Assembly (NCBI GenBank): GCA_031459855.1
Contig: JAVKHP010000001.1
Coordinates: 1,825,842 to 1,889,841, forward strand
DNA from: Candidatus Fervidifonticultor primus
GTDB taxonomy: Bacteria; Sysuimicrobiota; Sysuimicrobiia; Sysuimicrobiales; Humicultoraceae
Reading direction: 5' to 3'
DNA length: 64,000 bases
The position numbers were made by a program, and so were the translations under genes. Position 1 is the stretch's first letter. Each line of letters opens with the position of its first letter. The notes beneath the pieces are model-generated. The model was not told the origin of the DNA. It saw only the letters and a list, made by a program, of their open reading frames with translations, and made no database searches. Shown one piece after another: positions 47,494-57,390 of this stretch.

Positions 47494-47627
47494 GGCCCGT
47501 GGTCCGGCCCGGGCGCTCACCCGGGGACGGGCCGCGCCCGAGGGCTGGGGCCCCAGCGGGCGGGCGCAGGAGATCGGCATGCTGATCGCGTAGGGTGCTA
47601 GGACCCATCCAAAGGGGGGAATGACCT

Positions 47628-49247
47628 ATGGAGCGCAGACGCGCACGGCTGACAATCTCGGTCGTGCTAGGGCTGGTGGCGGCGTTGCTGCTGCCCGCCG
47701 GCGGGCTGGGAGGCCCGCGGTCGGAGCTCGTGGTCGTCTCGGGGATGTGGAGCCCGCCCAACAACTTCAACCCCATCAACACCGACAGCTGGTACGGGTT
47801 CTACCCCATCCGGTTCATGTTCCTGCGCCTGCTCGAGGCGCGGATCGATCAGGGCCAGCTCAAGTTCTACCCGGCGCTGGCCAGCCGATGGGAGGTGGCC
47901 TCCGACAACCAGACGTTCACCTTCACGCTACATCCCCGCGCGGCCTGGCACGACGGCAAGCCCGTGACGGCCGACGACGTGCTGTTCACCCTCAACACCA
48001 TCAGCGACCCGCGCACCGAGACCAACCGGGGCACCGACATCGCCACCATTGCCGGCACCGACGCCCGGGGCAAGCGCGCGGCGGGCGCGCAGCTGGGCGT
48101 GCGGATCCTCGGCCCCAACAAGCTCGAGATCAAGACCAAGGCGCCGGTGGACCCCAACCTGTTCTTCGAACAGCTCGGCACCGGGGTACCCATGCTGCCC
48201 CGACACGTGCTGGGCGACGTGCCGCCCGACCAGCTGAACCGCCACCCGTTCATGATGGCGCCCACGGTGGGCAACGGCCCGTTCAAGTTCGTGCAGTACA
48301 AGACCGATCAGTTCATCGAGCTGCTGGCCAACGAGAACTTCCACCTGGGCGCCCCGAAGTACCGGCGGCTGTTCATCCGGATCATCCCGCCAGCGGTCAT
48401 GCTGGCCCAGATCGAGCGGGGCGAGCTCGACCTCAGCGCGGGCCTGGGGATCGGCGAGGTGCTGATCGAGGACTGGGACCGGGTCAAGCAGATGCCGCAC
48501 GTGCGGGCGGTCTCGTTCGCTGCGCCGGCGTACCAGTACCTGCTCTACAACTTCCAGCGGCCCTACCTCCAGGACAAGCGCATCCGGCGCGCCATCGCCC
48601 ACGCCGTGAACCGTCCTTTGATCATCAACCAGTTGCTGCGGGGAGAGGCCGAGCTGGTGGAGGGGCCGATCGTGCCCATGAGCCCCTACCTCAACAAGAA
48701 CGTGAAGCCCTGGCCCTACGACCCGGCGCGGGCGCGGGCCCTGCTGCAGGAGGCGGGGTGGGACTTCGGCCGCACGCTCGTCCTGCGGGTCCCCACCGGC
48801 AACGTGATCCGCGAGCGCTCGGGGGACATCATCCGGGAGAACCTGGTGGCCGTCGGCATGCGGGTGGAGATCCAGAAGTCCGACTTCCCCACGCACATCG
48901 CGGCCCTGCGGCAGGCCAACTACGACCTGGCCCTGGTGGGGTGGGGCGGCACCCTGGATCCGGACGTCTCCTCGCAGTTCCGGACCGGGGCGATCTACAA
49001 CCTCACGCACCACTCCATCCCCCAGCTCGACCAGCTACTCGACGAGGGGAAGGCGACGGCCGACCCGGCCAGGCGCCGCCAGATCTACTTCCGGTTCCAG
49101 GAGGTGTTCGCCGACGAGCTGCCCATCCTGGTGCTGTACTATCCCAACGCCCGCACCGTGGTGGCCAAGCGCATGAGCAACGTCCTGCCCAACCAGTCGG
49201 GCATCTACGACTTCCAGCCGTACATCTGGATCGCGTCGGTGCAGTAG
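47628..49247 (+). CDS. ABC transporter substrate-binding protein, family 5 (peptide/nickel)
   Basis: Signal peptide MERRRARLTISVVLGLVAALLLPAGG; family-5 SBP-like throughout; GGGG-rich RBS. Confidence 0.85.
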   Translation: MERRRARLTISVVLGLVAALLLPAGGLGGPRSELVVVSGMWSPPNNFNPINTDSWYGFYPIRFMFLRLLEARIDQGQLKFYPALASRWEVASDNQTFTFTLHPRAAWHDGKPVTADDVLFTLNTISDPRTETNRGTDIATIAGTDARGKRAAGAQLGVRILGPNKLEIKTKAPVDPNLFFEQLGTGVPMLPRHVLGDVPPDQLNRHPFMMAPTVGNGPFKFVQYKTDQFIELLANENFHLGAPKYRRLFIRIIPPAVMLAQIERGELDLSAGLGIGEVLIEDWDRVKQMPHVRAVSFAAPAYQYLLYNFQRPYLQDKRIRRAIAHAVNRPLIINQLLRGEAELVEGPIVPMSPYLNKNVKPWPYDPARARALLQEAGWDFGRTLVLRVPTGNVIRERSGDIIRENLVAVGMRVEIQKSDFPTHIAALRQANYDLALVGWGGTLDPDVSSQFRTGAIYNLTHHSIPQLDQLLDEGKATADPARRRQIYFRFQEVFADELPILVLYYPNARTVVAKRMSNVLPNQSGIYDFQPYIWIASVQ

Positions 49248-49329
49248 CACAGCCGGCTGCTGGGGGGCGGCGCGCTTTGCGCGCGCCGCCCCCACACGTG
49301 TCCTGCGGCCCGGTCAGGGAGGGAACCCC

Positions 49330-50715
49330 GTGGACGACGTCCTGCGCTACCTCGACGCTCACTTCGACGCCCACCTCGCGCGCGTCCAGCAGTTCGTCCG
49401 CCAGCCCAGCATCAGCGGCGAGGGCACCGGCATGCGCGAGATGGCCGAGCTGGTGGCCGACAGCATCCGCCGCCTGGACGGGAGGGCCGAGCTCGTGCCC
49501 ACCGACGGCTGGCCGGTGGTCTACGGCGCGGTGGAGGCCGGGGCGCCCAAGACCCTGCTCCTCTACGGCATGTACGATGTCCAGCCCGTGGAGGGCGAGC
49601 AGTGGCTGGTGCCGCCCTTCGCGGGCGAGGTGGTGGACCTGCCCGAGCTCGGGCCCAGCGTCGTGGCCCGCGGCGTCTACAACACCAAAGGGCCGCTCGC
49701 CGGGCTGTTGTTCGTGCTCGAGGCCATCCAGACCGTGCGCGGGCGCCTGCCGGTGAACGTCAAGTTCGTCGTGGAAGGGGAGGAGGAGCTCGGCAGCCCC
49801 CACCTGCCGCAGTTCGTCCATGCGACCCGCGACCGCCTGGGCGCCGACGCGACCTACTTCGCCTTCTACAACCAGGACCGCCACGGCAAGCCGATGCTGT
49901 GGCTGGGCGTCAAGGGCATCCAGTACTTCGAGATCGCCTGCCGCGGCGGGGCGTGGGGCGGTCCGCGCACCCGCGGCGTGCACGGCAGCAACGCGGTCTG
50001 GATCGGCAGCCCCGTCTGGCGGCTGCTGCGCGCGCTGGCCACCATGATGGACGACGACGAGCAGATCCAGATCGAGGGCTTCTACGACGACGTGGCCCCG
50101 CCCAGCGCCGAGGACGAGGAGTTGCTGGCGGCCCTGGCCCGCACCTTCGACCCGGCCACGGAGCTGTGGATGTGGGACGCCGAGCGGTTCAAGTACGACC
50201 TGACCGGCGCTGCCCTGCTGCGCCGCTACCTCTACGACCCCACGCTGAACATCGACGGCATCTGGGGCGGCTACACGGGGCCCGGCACCAAGACCCTGCT
50301 GCCCCACGAGGTGCGCGTGAAGATGGACGTGCGCCTGGTGCCCGACATGCAGCCCGAGCGCGTGCGCCAGCGGATCCGCGCGCACCTCGAGCGCATCGGC
50401 CGCGGCGACCTGGAGGTGCACTTCTACGAAGGGTACCCGCCGGCCAAGACCAGCGTGCGCGCGCCGGTCGTCCAGGCGCTGGTCCGCGCCATCCGGGCGC
50501 TGGGCTTCGAACCCGAGATCTGGCCCCACATCGCCGGGTCGGCGCCGTTCTACCTGTTCCGCGAGGTGTTGGGCCAGCCGTTCGCCATGGGCGGCCTGGG
50601 CCATGGCGGCCGCCCCCACAGCCCCAACGAGTACGCCACCCTGGACGGGATGCGGCTGTTCGCGCGGTCGGTGGCGCGGTTCCTCTACGAGTACGCGGAG
50701 GACGCGGCGCGCTGA
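49330..50715 (+). CDS. M20 family dipeptidase/peptidase
   Basis: ..LLLYGMYDVQPV.., ..ARGVYNTKGPLAGLL.., ..VVEGEEELGS.., ..MGGLGHGGRPHSPNEY.. are M20 motifs. GTG start. Confidence 0.8.
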   Translation: MDDVLRYLDAHFDAHLARVQQFVRQPSISGEGTGMREMAELVADSIRRLDGRAELVPTDGWPVVYGAVEAGAPKTLLLYGMYDVQPVEGEQWLVPPFAGEVVDLPELGPSVVARGVYNTKGPLAGLLFVLEAIQTVRGRLPVNVKFVVEGEEELGSPHLPQFVHATRDRLGADATYFAFYNQDRHGKPMLWLGVKGIQYFEIACRGGAWGGPRTRGVHGSNAVWIGSPVWRLLRALATMMDDDEQIQIEGFYDDVAPPSAEDEELLAALARTFDPATELWMWDAERFKYDLTGAALLRRYLYDPTLNIDGIWGGYTGPGTKTLLPHEVRVKMDVRLVPDMQPERVRQRIRAHLERIGRGDLEVHFYEGYPPAKTSVRAPVVQALVRAIRALGFEPEIWPHIAGSAPFYLFREVLGQPFAMGGLGHGGRPHSPNEYATLDGMRLFARSVARFLYEYAEDAAR

Positions 50716-50731
50716 CGGACGTCCACGCCGC

Positions 50732-50901
50732 GGCAGGCACGTGCGCCCCGCGGCGAGTCCAGGACGGCAGGCACGTGCGCCCCGCAGCGCGTCGAGGGCG
50801 GAAGGCACGTGCGCGCCACAGCGAGTCCATGGCGGCAGCCACGCGTGCCCCACACGCGTCCACGGTAGCAGCCACGCGTGCCCCATGGTACGAGCTGACG
50901 G
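50732..50901. repeat. 34-bp tandem repeat x5 (strict period), each unit carrying an 8-bp palindrome (GCACGTGC in units 1-3, CACGCGTG in units 4-5)
   Basis: ggcaggcacgtgcgccccgcggcgagtccaggac / ggcaggcacgtgcgccccgcagcgcgtcgagggc / ggaaggcacgtgcgcgccacagcgagtccatggc / ggcagccacgcgtgccccacacgcgtccacggta / gcagccacgcgtgccccatggtacgagctgacgg. It lies in the convergent gap between the M20 peptidase and the DMT transporter. No unique spacers, so not a CRISPR. Confidence 0.7.
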
Positions 50902-50961
50902 CCCGGCGCCCCCTGCCCGCTGCGCTGCGCGGTCGGGCCCGATGGCCCGCCAGGCCAGCGG

Positions 50962-51825
50962 TCATCCCAGCGCCAGCGCGATCAGGCCCGCCACCATGCT
51001 GCCCGCCGCGGCCAGCCGCCGCGGCGCGTCGCCTTCGGCCAGCACCCTGGTGCCCAGCACCGTGGCCACCAGGATGCTGATCTCACGCGCCGGCGCCACG
51101 TAGCTCACCGGCGTGAAGACCATGGCGGTCAGCACCAGGAAGTAGGCCAGCGGCGCCAGCAGCGCGATCCCCACGATCTCCACGCGATGGGCTGCCCAGT
51201 GCCCGCGCACCTCGTGCCACCGCGCCAGCGCCACCGGCGCCAGCAGCGCCGCGCAGCCCAGGTTCGAGCCCCAGTCGTACACCAGCGGCGGCACGCCCAC
51301 CTGCGCCACGCCGTACTTGTCCCACAACGTGTAGGCGGCGATGGTGGCGCCTGTGAGCAGGCCGTAGCGCACCGCCCACGGGTTGGTGCCGGCGCGGGCC
51401 AGCACGCGCGTCCCGCCCGTGAGCACGAACACCCCGCCGACGATGAGCGCCGCGCCGACCAGTGCCAGGGGCGTCGGGCGCTCGCCCAGCACGGCCATCG
51501 CGGCCAGTGTCGCGAGCAGCGGCCCGGTGCCGCGCGCCAGTGGGTAGACCAGGGACAGGTCCCCCGTCTGGTAGCCCCGCTGCAGGCTCACGAAGTAGAC
51601 CACGTGCAGGAGTGCCGACCCTGCCATGAAGGCCACGCCCGTGGCGCTCACCGACGCGCGCTGCACGACCAGCAGCACCGCCACTGCCGGCGTGTAGAGC
51701 ACGCCCGACAGCAGCGTGAACAGCCACACGAACGGCGCGCCGCCGCCCGCGCGCTTGGCCAGCAGGTTCCAGACCGCGTGGATCGCGGCCGCCGCCAGGA
51801 TGAGCGCAAGCGCCACCGCGGTCAT
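50962..51825 (-). CDS. DMT superfamily (EamA-like) transporter
   Basis: 287 aa, ~10 TM segments, duplicated EamA-like halves (..LYTPAVAVLLVV.., ..AYFLVLTAMVFTPVSYVAPAREISILVATVLG..). Confidence 0.7.
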   Translation of the reverse strand: MTAVALALILAAAAIHAVWNLLAKRAGGGAPFVWLFTLLSGVLYTPAVAVLLVVQRASVSATGVAFMAGSALLHVVYFVSLQRGYQTGDLSLVYPLARGTGPLLATLAAMAVLGERPTPLALVGAALIVGGVFVLTGGTRVLARAGTNPWAVRYGLLTGATIAAYTLWDKYGVAQVGVPPLVYDWGSNLGCAALLAPVALARWHEVRGHWAAHRVEIVGIALLAPLAYFLVLTAMVFTPVSYVAPAREISILVATVLGTRVLAEGDAPRRLAAAGSMVAGLIALALG

Positions 51826-52042
51826 GCAGGCGGGCGCGCCCCGGGCGCGCGCCGGCATCGCGGGCTGCACCGGCGGCGTGCCCGGCGCCGGCACGTGGGC
51901 TGCGGGCCGTGGCAGGAGGCTGGCATGGCGCACGGCTGCGGGCGCGGGCTAATCCGGGTGCTGTTCGTCGGCCCGTGCGCCACGTGGCAGGATGCGGGCG
52001 CGGCGCACGGCTGCGGGCGCGGAGACGGCCTCACCGGCAGGG

Positions 52043-52633
52043 TCATGCTCCCTGCCGGAGGTACTGGCGCCGCCCCAGCTCGTAGACGTCCTGCCCGTAG
52101 ATGTCGTTGGCGACGACGACCGGGAAGGCGTCGACCTCCAGCCGGTAGATTGCCTCCGGCCCAAGGTCGGGGAAGGCCACCACCGCGGCCGCGCGCACCC
52201 GCTGCCCAAGCAGTGCTGCGGTGCCTTCCACCGCCGCGAAGTAGACCGCGCGATGGCGGACGAGCGCCTCCCGCACGTCGGGTCCCCGGCGACCTTTCCC
52301 GATCATGCCCCGCAGGCCGGCCGCCAGCAGCGCCGGCGTGTAGGGATCCATGCGCGTGGCCGTGGTGGGCCCCGCGGCACCGATCGGCCGCCCCGGGCGC
52401 GGCGGGGTCGGCCCGCAGTAGTAGATGACCTGGCCCCGCAGGTCCACCGGCAGCGTCTCCCCGCGGGCCAGCAGGGCCGCCAGGCGCTCGTGCGCGGCGT
52501 CGCGCGCGGTGTAGACGACGCCAGAGAGGAGCACGTGGTCGCCGGCGTGCAGACGCGCGACGTCGTCGTCGCGCAGCGGCGTGGTCAGCGCGATGGTGGC
52601 GGGGTGGCCTGCGAAGATCTGCTCGCTGCTCAT
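52043..52633 (-). CDS. Class I fumarate hydratase / L(+)-tartrate dehydratase-type Fe-S hydro-lyase, beta subunit
   Basis: MSSEQIFAGHPATIALTTPL..LLSGVVYTARDAAHERL..GQVIYYCGPTPP.. matches the C-terminal/beta subunit of class I fumarase (TtdB/FumB-C). Confidence 0.75.
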   Translation of the reverse strand: MSSEQIFAGHPATIALTTPLRDDDVARLHAGDHVLLSGVVYTARDAAHERLAALLARGETLPVDLRGQVIYYCGPTPPRPGRPIGAAGPTTATRMDPYTPALLAAGLRGMIGKGRRGPDVREALVRHRAVYFAAVEGTAALLGQRVRAAAVVAFPDLGPEAIYRLEVDAFPVVVANDIYGQDVYELGRRQYLRQGA

Positions 52634-52656
52634 GGCGTCAGCGACGTCCGCCGCCC

Positions 52657-53499
52657 TCACAGTTCGATCGTCTTCGCCCGGTGCGAGTGGCAGTCCAGGT
52701 TGACCGCCACCGGGAAGCTCGCGATGTGGGTGGCGTGCCCCTCCACGTGCACCGCCAGCGCCGTCACACTGCCCCCGAACCCTGCCGGACCGATGCCCAG
52801 GGCATTGATGCGCTCCAGCAGGCGGGTCTCCAGCGCCGCCAGCTCCGGGTCGGGCGAGGGCTGCCCCACCGGCCGCAGCAGCGCCCGCTTGGCCAGCAGC
52901 GCCGCCTTCTCGAAGGTCCCGCCCAGGCCCACGCCCACCACCACCGGCGGGCTGGCGTTGGGTCCTGCCTGCTCGATGGTCTCCACGACGAACGCCTCCA
53001 TGTCCTGGCGCCCCGCCGCGGGCGTCAGCATGGCCAGGCGGCTCGCGTTGTCGCAGCCCGCGCCCTTGGCGATGATCCCGATGCGCACCCGGTCGCCGGG
53101 CACGATGTCGAAGTACACGATCGCCGGCGTGTTGTCGCCCGTGTTCTCGCGGCGCAGCGGGTCGCGCACCACCGAGCGACGCAGGTAGCCCTCGGCGTAG
53201 CCCCGGCGCACCCCCTCCTGGATCGCCTCGGTCAGGCTGCCGCCGACCACCCGCACGTCCTGGCCCAGGTCGACGAAGACCACCGCCTGGCCGGTGTCCT
53301 GGCAGAGCGGGTACCACTGCTCCCGCGCCACCCGCGCGTTCTCCAGCAGCTGCTCCAGCACCCGTCGGCCCACCGGCGAGACCTCGGCGTCGCGCGCCCG
53401 CGCCAGGGCTGCCAGCATGTCGGGCTGCATCCGGTGGTTGATCTCGATGCACAGGTCGGCGACGGCCCGGGTGATGGTTGCGGTGGTGATGGTGCGCAT
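52657..53499 (-). CDS. Class I fumarate hydratase / L(+)-tartrate dehydratase-type Fe-S hydro-lyase, alpha subunit
   Basis: MRTITTATITRAVADLCIEINHRMQPDMLAAL..YPLCQDTGQAVVFVDLGQDV..GAGCDNASR.. (Cys ligands) matches the class I fumarase N-terminal/alpha subunit. Confidence 0.75.
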   Translation of the reverse strand: MRTITTATITRAVADLCIEINHRMQPDMLAALARARDAEVSPVGRRVLEQLLENARVAREQWYPLCQDTGQAVVFVDLGQDVRVVGGSLTEAIQEGVRRGYAEGYLRRSVVRDPLRRENTGDNTPAIVYFDIVPGDRVRIGIIAKGAGCDNASRLAMLTPAAGRQDMEAFVVETIEQAGPNASPPVVVGVGLGGTFEKAALLAKRALLRPVGQPSPDPELAALETRLLERINALGIGPAGFGGSVTALAVHVEGHATHIASFPVAVNLDCHSHRAKTIEL

Positions 53500-53522
53500 C
53501 GCAGCCTGCACAGCGTCCACCG

Positions 53523-55019
53523 CTACCGGGGCTTCCCCGTCGCGTACCGCGTCACCGCGGCCAGGAACGCCACGAGCGATGCCTCCGGCCCCTCCGCCAG
53601 CCGTCGGCGTGCACGGTCGAGGGGGAAGAGCGTCTCGATGCCGCCCACGTTCCGCACGCACGGCTCCCCGGCGGGATCCCAGGTACCGCCGAGCGTGCGC
53701 ACGATGACCTCGCCAAGGTAGCAGCCGAGGCCGTAGGCGAACCGATCGTCCGCGCTGCGCGCGCCCGGCGGATCGAAGCGCTCGCCGATGAAGCGCTCGA
53801 GGGCCGCGACGCTGTCCGCCGAGTAGTCGAGGGCGAGGGCGGGCGCCAGGTCGCGCATGAGCGCCACGAAGGTCGCGGCGTCCCAGGCGCAGCGGGCCGG
53901 GCGCGGTCGGTCGGGCTCTGCTGTCGACAGCAGGTAGACCCGGCAGTCCGAGCCGCTGCCGACGCACACGGCGTTGCCGACCACGCAGGCCGAGGTCCAG
54001 ACCGACGTCGGCGCGGTGAACGCCCAGAGCTGGCGGCCGGTCTGCAACGCCCACGCGGTGAACGTCCCGTCAGAGCACCCTGCCAGCAGGACGTCGCCGG
54101 CCACGGTGGGTGCGCTGAAGGTGTGGGGTTCGGTCTCGGTGGTCCGACGCACCCGCCAGCGTTCTGCCCCGGTGTCGGCGTCGAGGACCCGCAGGACGCC
54201 GTCCTTGCCGCCGAGCGCCACCACGCCTGCGGCCACGGCCGGCGAGGCGTCCAGCAGGGCGCGCGCGGTCTCGCAGGCCCACAGCCGTTCGCCCGTGGCC
54301 AGGGCCAGCGCGTAGAGCCGACCGTCGTTGCTGCCGATGTACACGACCTCGGTGTCGCGCGTCGGGCTCACCCCGATGGCGGGGGTCGACAGCACCTCCC
54401 CGCCGGTCGCAAACGTCCAGCGCACCTGCCCCGACGCGGCGTCGACGGCGTAGACGCGCCCGTCGCGGCTGCCGCAGACCACCACCCCGCGTGCCACGGC
54501 GGGCGACGAGTAGAAGCCGCCGCTGGCGCGGACGCGCCAGCGCTCGTGCCCGGTCGCCCGCGCGAGGGCGTACAGGCACCCGCCGCGCTGGCCGGGGCGA
54601 GCGCCCCCGCTGCCCACGTAGACGACGTCGTCTGCCACCGCGGGCGACGATGCGATCGGCAGCCCCGCCTCGAACCGCCAGCGGACGTCGCCGGTGGCGA
54701 GATCGAAGGCGTAGCAGCCGCCGTCCTCGCCCCCGATGTACACCGTGTCGGCCACCACCGCTGGGGACGACGACGTGCCGTGCGGTAGCGTGCGCCGCCA
54801 GCGCACCCGGCCCGCCGCGAAGTCGATGGCGTAGACGTGACGGTCGCGGCCGCCGAAGCACACGAGATCGCCGGCGACCGCTGGCGCGGAGAACACGGTC
54901 CCGTGGGTCTCGAACGCCCAGCGGGCCCCGACCAGGCGCAACGGGTTCGGGGCGCGGTAGGTGCCGTCGCGGGCCGTGTTGGCGCGGAACATCGCCGGTA
55001 CTGCCGAAGCGTCAGCCAT
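53523..55019 (-). CDS. PQQ-like beta-propeller repeat protein with an unassigned ~110-aa C-terminal domain
   Basis: Repeated ..G.VY.GS.DG.LYA.D..TG...W.. blades (at least 7). The C-terminus ..WDAATFVALMRDLAPALALDYSADSVAALERFIGERF.. is not recognised. No signal peptide. Confidence 0.65.
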   Translation of the reverse strand: MADASAVPAMFRANTARDGTYRAPNPLRLVGARWAFETHGTVFSAPAVAGDLVCFGGRDRHVYAIDFAAGRVRWRRTLPHGTSSSPAVVADTVYIGGEDGGCYAFDLATGDVRWRFEAGLPIASSPAVADDVVYVGSGGARPGQRGGCLYALARATGHERWRVRASGGFYSSPAVARGVVVCGSRDGRVYAVDAASGQVRWTFATGGEVLSTPAIGVSPTRDTEVVYIGSNDGRLYALALATGERLWACETARALLDASPAVAAGVVALGGKDGVLRVLDADTGAERWRVRRTTETEPHTFSAPTVAGDVLLAGCSDGTFTAWALQTGRQLWAFTAPTSVWTSACVVGNAVCVGSGSDCRVYLLSTAEPDRPRPARCAWDAATFVALMRDLAPALALDYSADSVAALERFIGERFDPPGARSADDRFAYGLGCYLGEVIVRTLGGTWDPAGEPCVRNVGGIETLFPLDRARRRLAEGPEASLVAFLAAVTRYATGKPR

Positions 55020-55140
55020 TGCACAGTCCCCTCGCGCGGCGTCGGGTGCATCCTGGAGACAGGCAATCCCACAGGTCGCCCCGCCAGCGCTGGCTCCCCT
55101 CTGGTGCGGGGCGTCGGTCAGGTCTTGGGCACGACGTGCC

Positions 55141-56064
55141 CTATCCCTCCTCGTCTTCGCCCTGGCCGACCCCGTCCCCGTCCTCGCCTACCCCCAGCGC
55201 CTGCGCCGTCGCCACGATGCGCTGGGCCACGCGGACGGTCATCGCGTCGGCCATCTCGCCGTCGACCACCCAGGCGCCGGCGGTCTCGCGTGTGGCCGCC
55301 TCCAGCACCCGCTTCGCCCAGGCCACGCGGTCCGGCGACGGCGTGAAGACGCGGTTGAGGACCTCGACCTGCTCGGGGTGGATGGCGGCCTTGCCGGCGA
55401 AGCCCAGGTCGGCGGCGTCGCGGGCGTCGTCCTCGAGGCCGACCAGGTCGCCCAGGCGGAACCACGGGGTGTCGATGGCGACGACGCCGGCGGCGGCTGC
55501 GGCGACGGCGATCACCGACCGCGGGTAGAGCAGCGACGCGGGCGTGCGCTGCCCGCCGGTTTCGACCAGCAGGTCGCCGGCCCCGAAGAACAGGCCGATC
55601 ACCGCCGGGCAGCAGGTGGCGATCTCGACGGCGCGCACCAACCCCCGCGCGGTCTCGACGTGCGGGAGCAGGCCGACCCTGGTGCCCTCGAGGGCGCGCG
55701 CGACGGCCAGCACGTCGTCGGGGCCCGCGACCTTGGGGATGACGACCACGTCCGGCAGCGGGTCGGCGGCGCGCAGCGCGGCCAGGTCGTCGCGCCCCCA
55801 GGGCGAGGCCAGCGCGTTGATGCGCACCAGCCGCTCGCGCGGGGCCAGCGGCAGGTCCCGCAGCGCCTCGCGGACGCCGGCGCGCGCCTCGGCCTTGCGG
55901 GCCGGGGCCACGCCGTCTTCCAGATCGAGGATGACCCCGTCGCAGGGCACGGTGGCCGCCTTCCGCAGCTTCAGCGGCTGGTCGGCGGGCACGAAAAGCA
56001 GGCTGCGGCGGGGGCGGGCGACGCCAGGCCCGCTGTGATCCTGCGACGGGTGTCCAGGGCGCAT
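55141..56064 (-). CDS. HpcH/HpaI aldolase / citrate lyase beta (CitE)-like acyl-CoA lyase (malyl-/citramalyl-CoA lyase-like)
   Basis: ..RRSLLFVPADQPLKLRKAATVPCDGVILDLEDGVAPARKAEAR.. ; ..VVIPKVAGPDDV..; ..GLFFGAGDL.. are CitE family motifs. Start ATG at 56064. Confidence 0.75.
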   Translation of the reverse strand: MRPGHPSQDHSGPGVARPRRSLLFVPADQPLKLRKAATVPCDGVILDLEDGVAPARKAEARAGVREALRDLPLAPRERLVRINALASPWGRDDLAALRAADPLPDVVVIPKVAGPDDVLAVARALEGTRVGLLPHVETARGLVRAVEIATCCPAVIGLFFGAGDLLVETGGQRTPASLLYPRSVIAVAAAAAGVVAIDTPWFRLGDLVGLEDDARDAADLGFAGKAAIHPEQVEVLNRVFTPSPDRVAWAKRVLEAATRETAGAWVVDGEMADAMTVRVAQRIVATAQALGVGEDGDGVGQGEDEEG

Positions 56065-56066
56065 CG

Positions 56067-57263
56067 TCAGATCACCCCTTCGTCGCGCAGGCGCGCGATC
56101 TCCTCGCGGGAGAGCCCGAGCAGGTCGCCGTAGACGACATCGTTGTGCGCGCCCAGCGGCGGGCCGGCGAACGCCACCTGCCCCGGCGTACGGGAGAACT
56201 TGGGGATCACGGCCGGCATGGGCACGGCGCCCAGGTCGTCGTCGGGGACGGTCACGATGTCCTCGCGTGCCCGGTAGTGCGGGTCCTCCAGGATGCGGCG
56301 CGCGTCGTACACCGGGCCGGCGACGGCCTCGGCGTCGGTCAGCCGCCTGAGGACCTCGTCCAGCGGCCGCGCGCGCATCCACGCCTGGATGATGGCGTCC
56401 AGGGCGTCGATGTGGGCGATGCGCGCGGCGTTGGTGGCAAAGCGCGGGTCGGTGACGAGGTCGGGCCGGTCCATGGCGCGGGCGAGCCGCTCGAACGTAC
56501 GCTGGCTCGTGGCCGAGACGGCCACCCACGCGCCGTCGCCGGCCTGGTAGAGGTTGCGCGGCGCGGCGCCCGGGAAGCGGTTGCCGGTGCGCTGCTGGAC
56601 CTCGCCCAGCAGCGCGTACTGGGGCACGAGAGGAATCAGCAGGCGGAACAGCGGCTCGTAGAGGCTGAGGTCGATGACCTGTCCTCGTCCGCCGCCGTGG
56701 TCGCGGTGGTGGAGCGCCGCCAGCGCGGCGGCGGCGCCGAGCAGGCCGCACACCGCGTCGGCAAGCGGCATGGGCGGCAGCAGGGGCGGGCCGTCGGGAA
56801 ATCCCGACAGCGCCACGTACCCGCTCATGGCCTCGGCGATCGTGCCGAACCCCGGCCGATCGCGGTAGGGCCCGGTCTGGCCGAAGCCGGAGATGCGGAC
56901 GATCACGAGCCGGGGGTTGGCGGCCTCGAGGGCCTCGGGCCCCAGGCCCCAGCGCTCGAGGGTGCCCGGCCGGAAGTTCTCGACCAGGACGTCGGCCCGC
57001 GCGGCCAGCGCCCGCAGCAGCGCTTGCCCGCGCGGGACGCGCAGGTCCAGGGTGATCGACTCCTTGTTGCGCGAGAGGACCTTCCACCACAGCGAGACGC
57101 CGTCTTTCGTGGGGCCCCAGGCCCGCAGCGGATCGCCGCTGCCCGGTTGCTCGACCTTGACGACCCGGGCGCCGAAGTCGGCGAGCACTGCGGTGGTGGT
57201 GCCCCCCGAGACGATGGTCGAGAGGTCCAGCACCAGCAGGCCGTGCAGCGGCGGTGTGGTCAT
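56067..57263 (-). CDS. CoA-transferase family III (CaiB/BaiF-like)
   Basis: MTTPPLHGLLVLDLSTIVSGGTTTAVLADFGARVVKVE..; ..VLVENFRPGTLERWGLGPEAL.. is the canonical family III N-terminus. 2-bp gap to the CitE-like gene. Confidence 0.8.
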   Translation of the reverse strand: MTTPPLHGLLVLDLSTIVSGGTTTAVLADFGARVVKVEQPGSGDPLRAWGPTKDGVSLWWKVLSRNKESITLDLRVPRGQALLRALAARADVLVENFRPGTLERWGLGPEALEAANPRLVIVRISGFGQTGPYRDRPGFGTIAEAMSGYVALSGFPDGPPLLPPMPLADAVCGLLGAAAALAALHHRDHGGGRGQVIDLSLYEPLFRLLIPLVPQYALLGEVQQRTGNRFPGAAPRNLYQAGDGAWVAVSATSQRTFERLARAMDRPDLVTDPRFATNAARIAHIDALDAIIQAWMRARPLDEVLRRLTDAEAVAGPVYDARRILEDPHYRAREDIVTVPDDDLGAVPMPAVIPKFSRTPGQVAFAGPPLGAHNDVVYGDLLGLSREEIARLRDEGVI

Positions 57264-57390
57264 ACGGGCTCCGTGGCGCGCACCGGTTTGCAGAGCATGG
57301 TTCTGCCGGCCGCGCGCGCACTCCTGGCGCCCCGGCCTGGCGATGCGCAGGGGTCGTCGCGCGCCGCTGCGAACTTCCTCACCGGATCCG

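Noticed and set aside
50732-50901. Possible CRISPR array
   Set aside because: Units are contiguous 34-mers with no unique spacers. No cas genes in the window.
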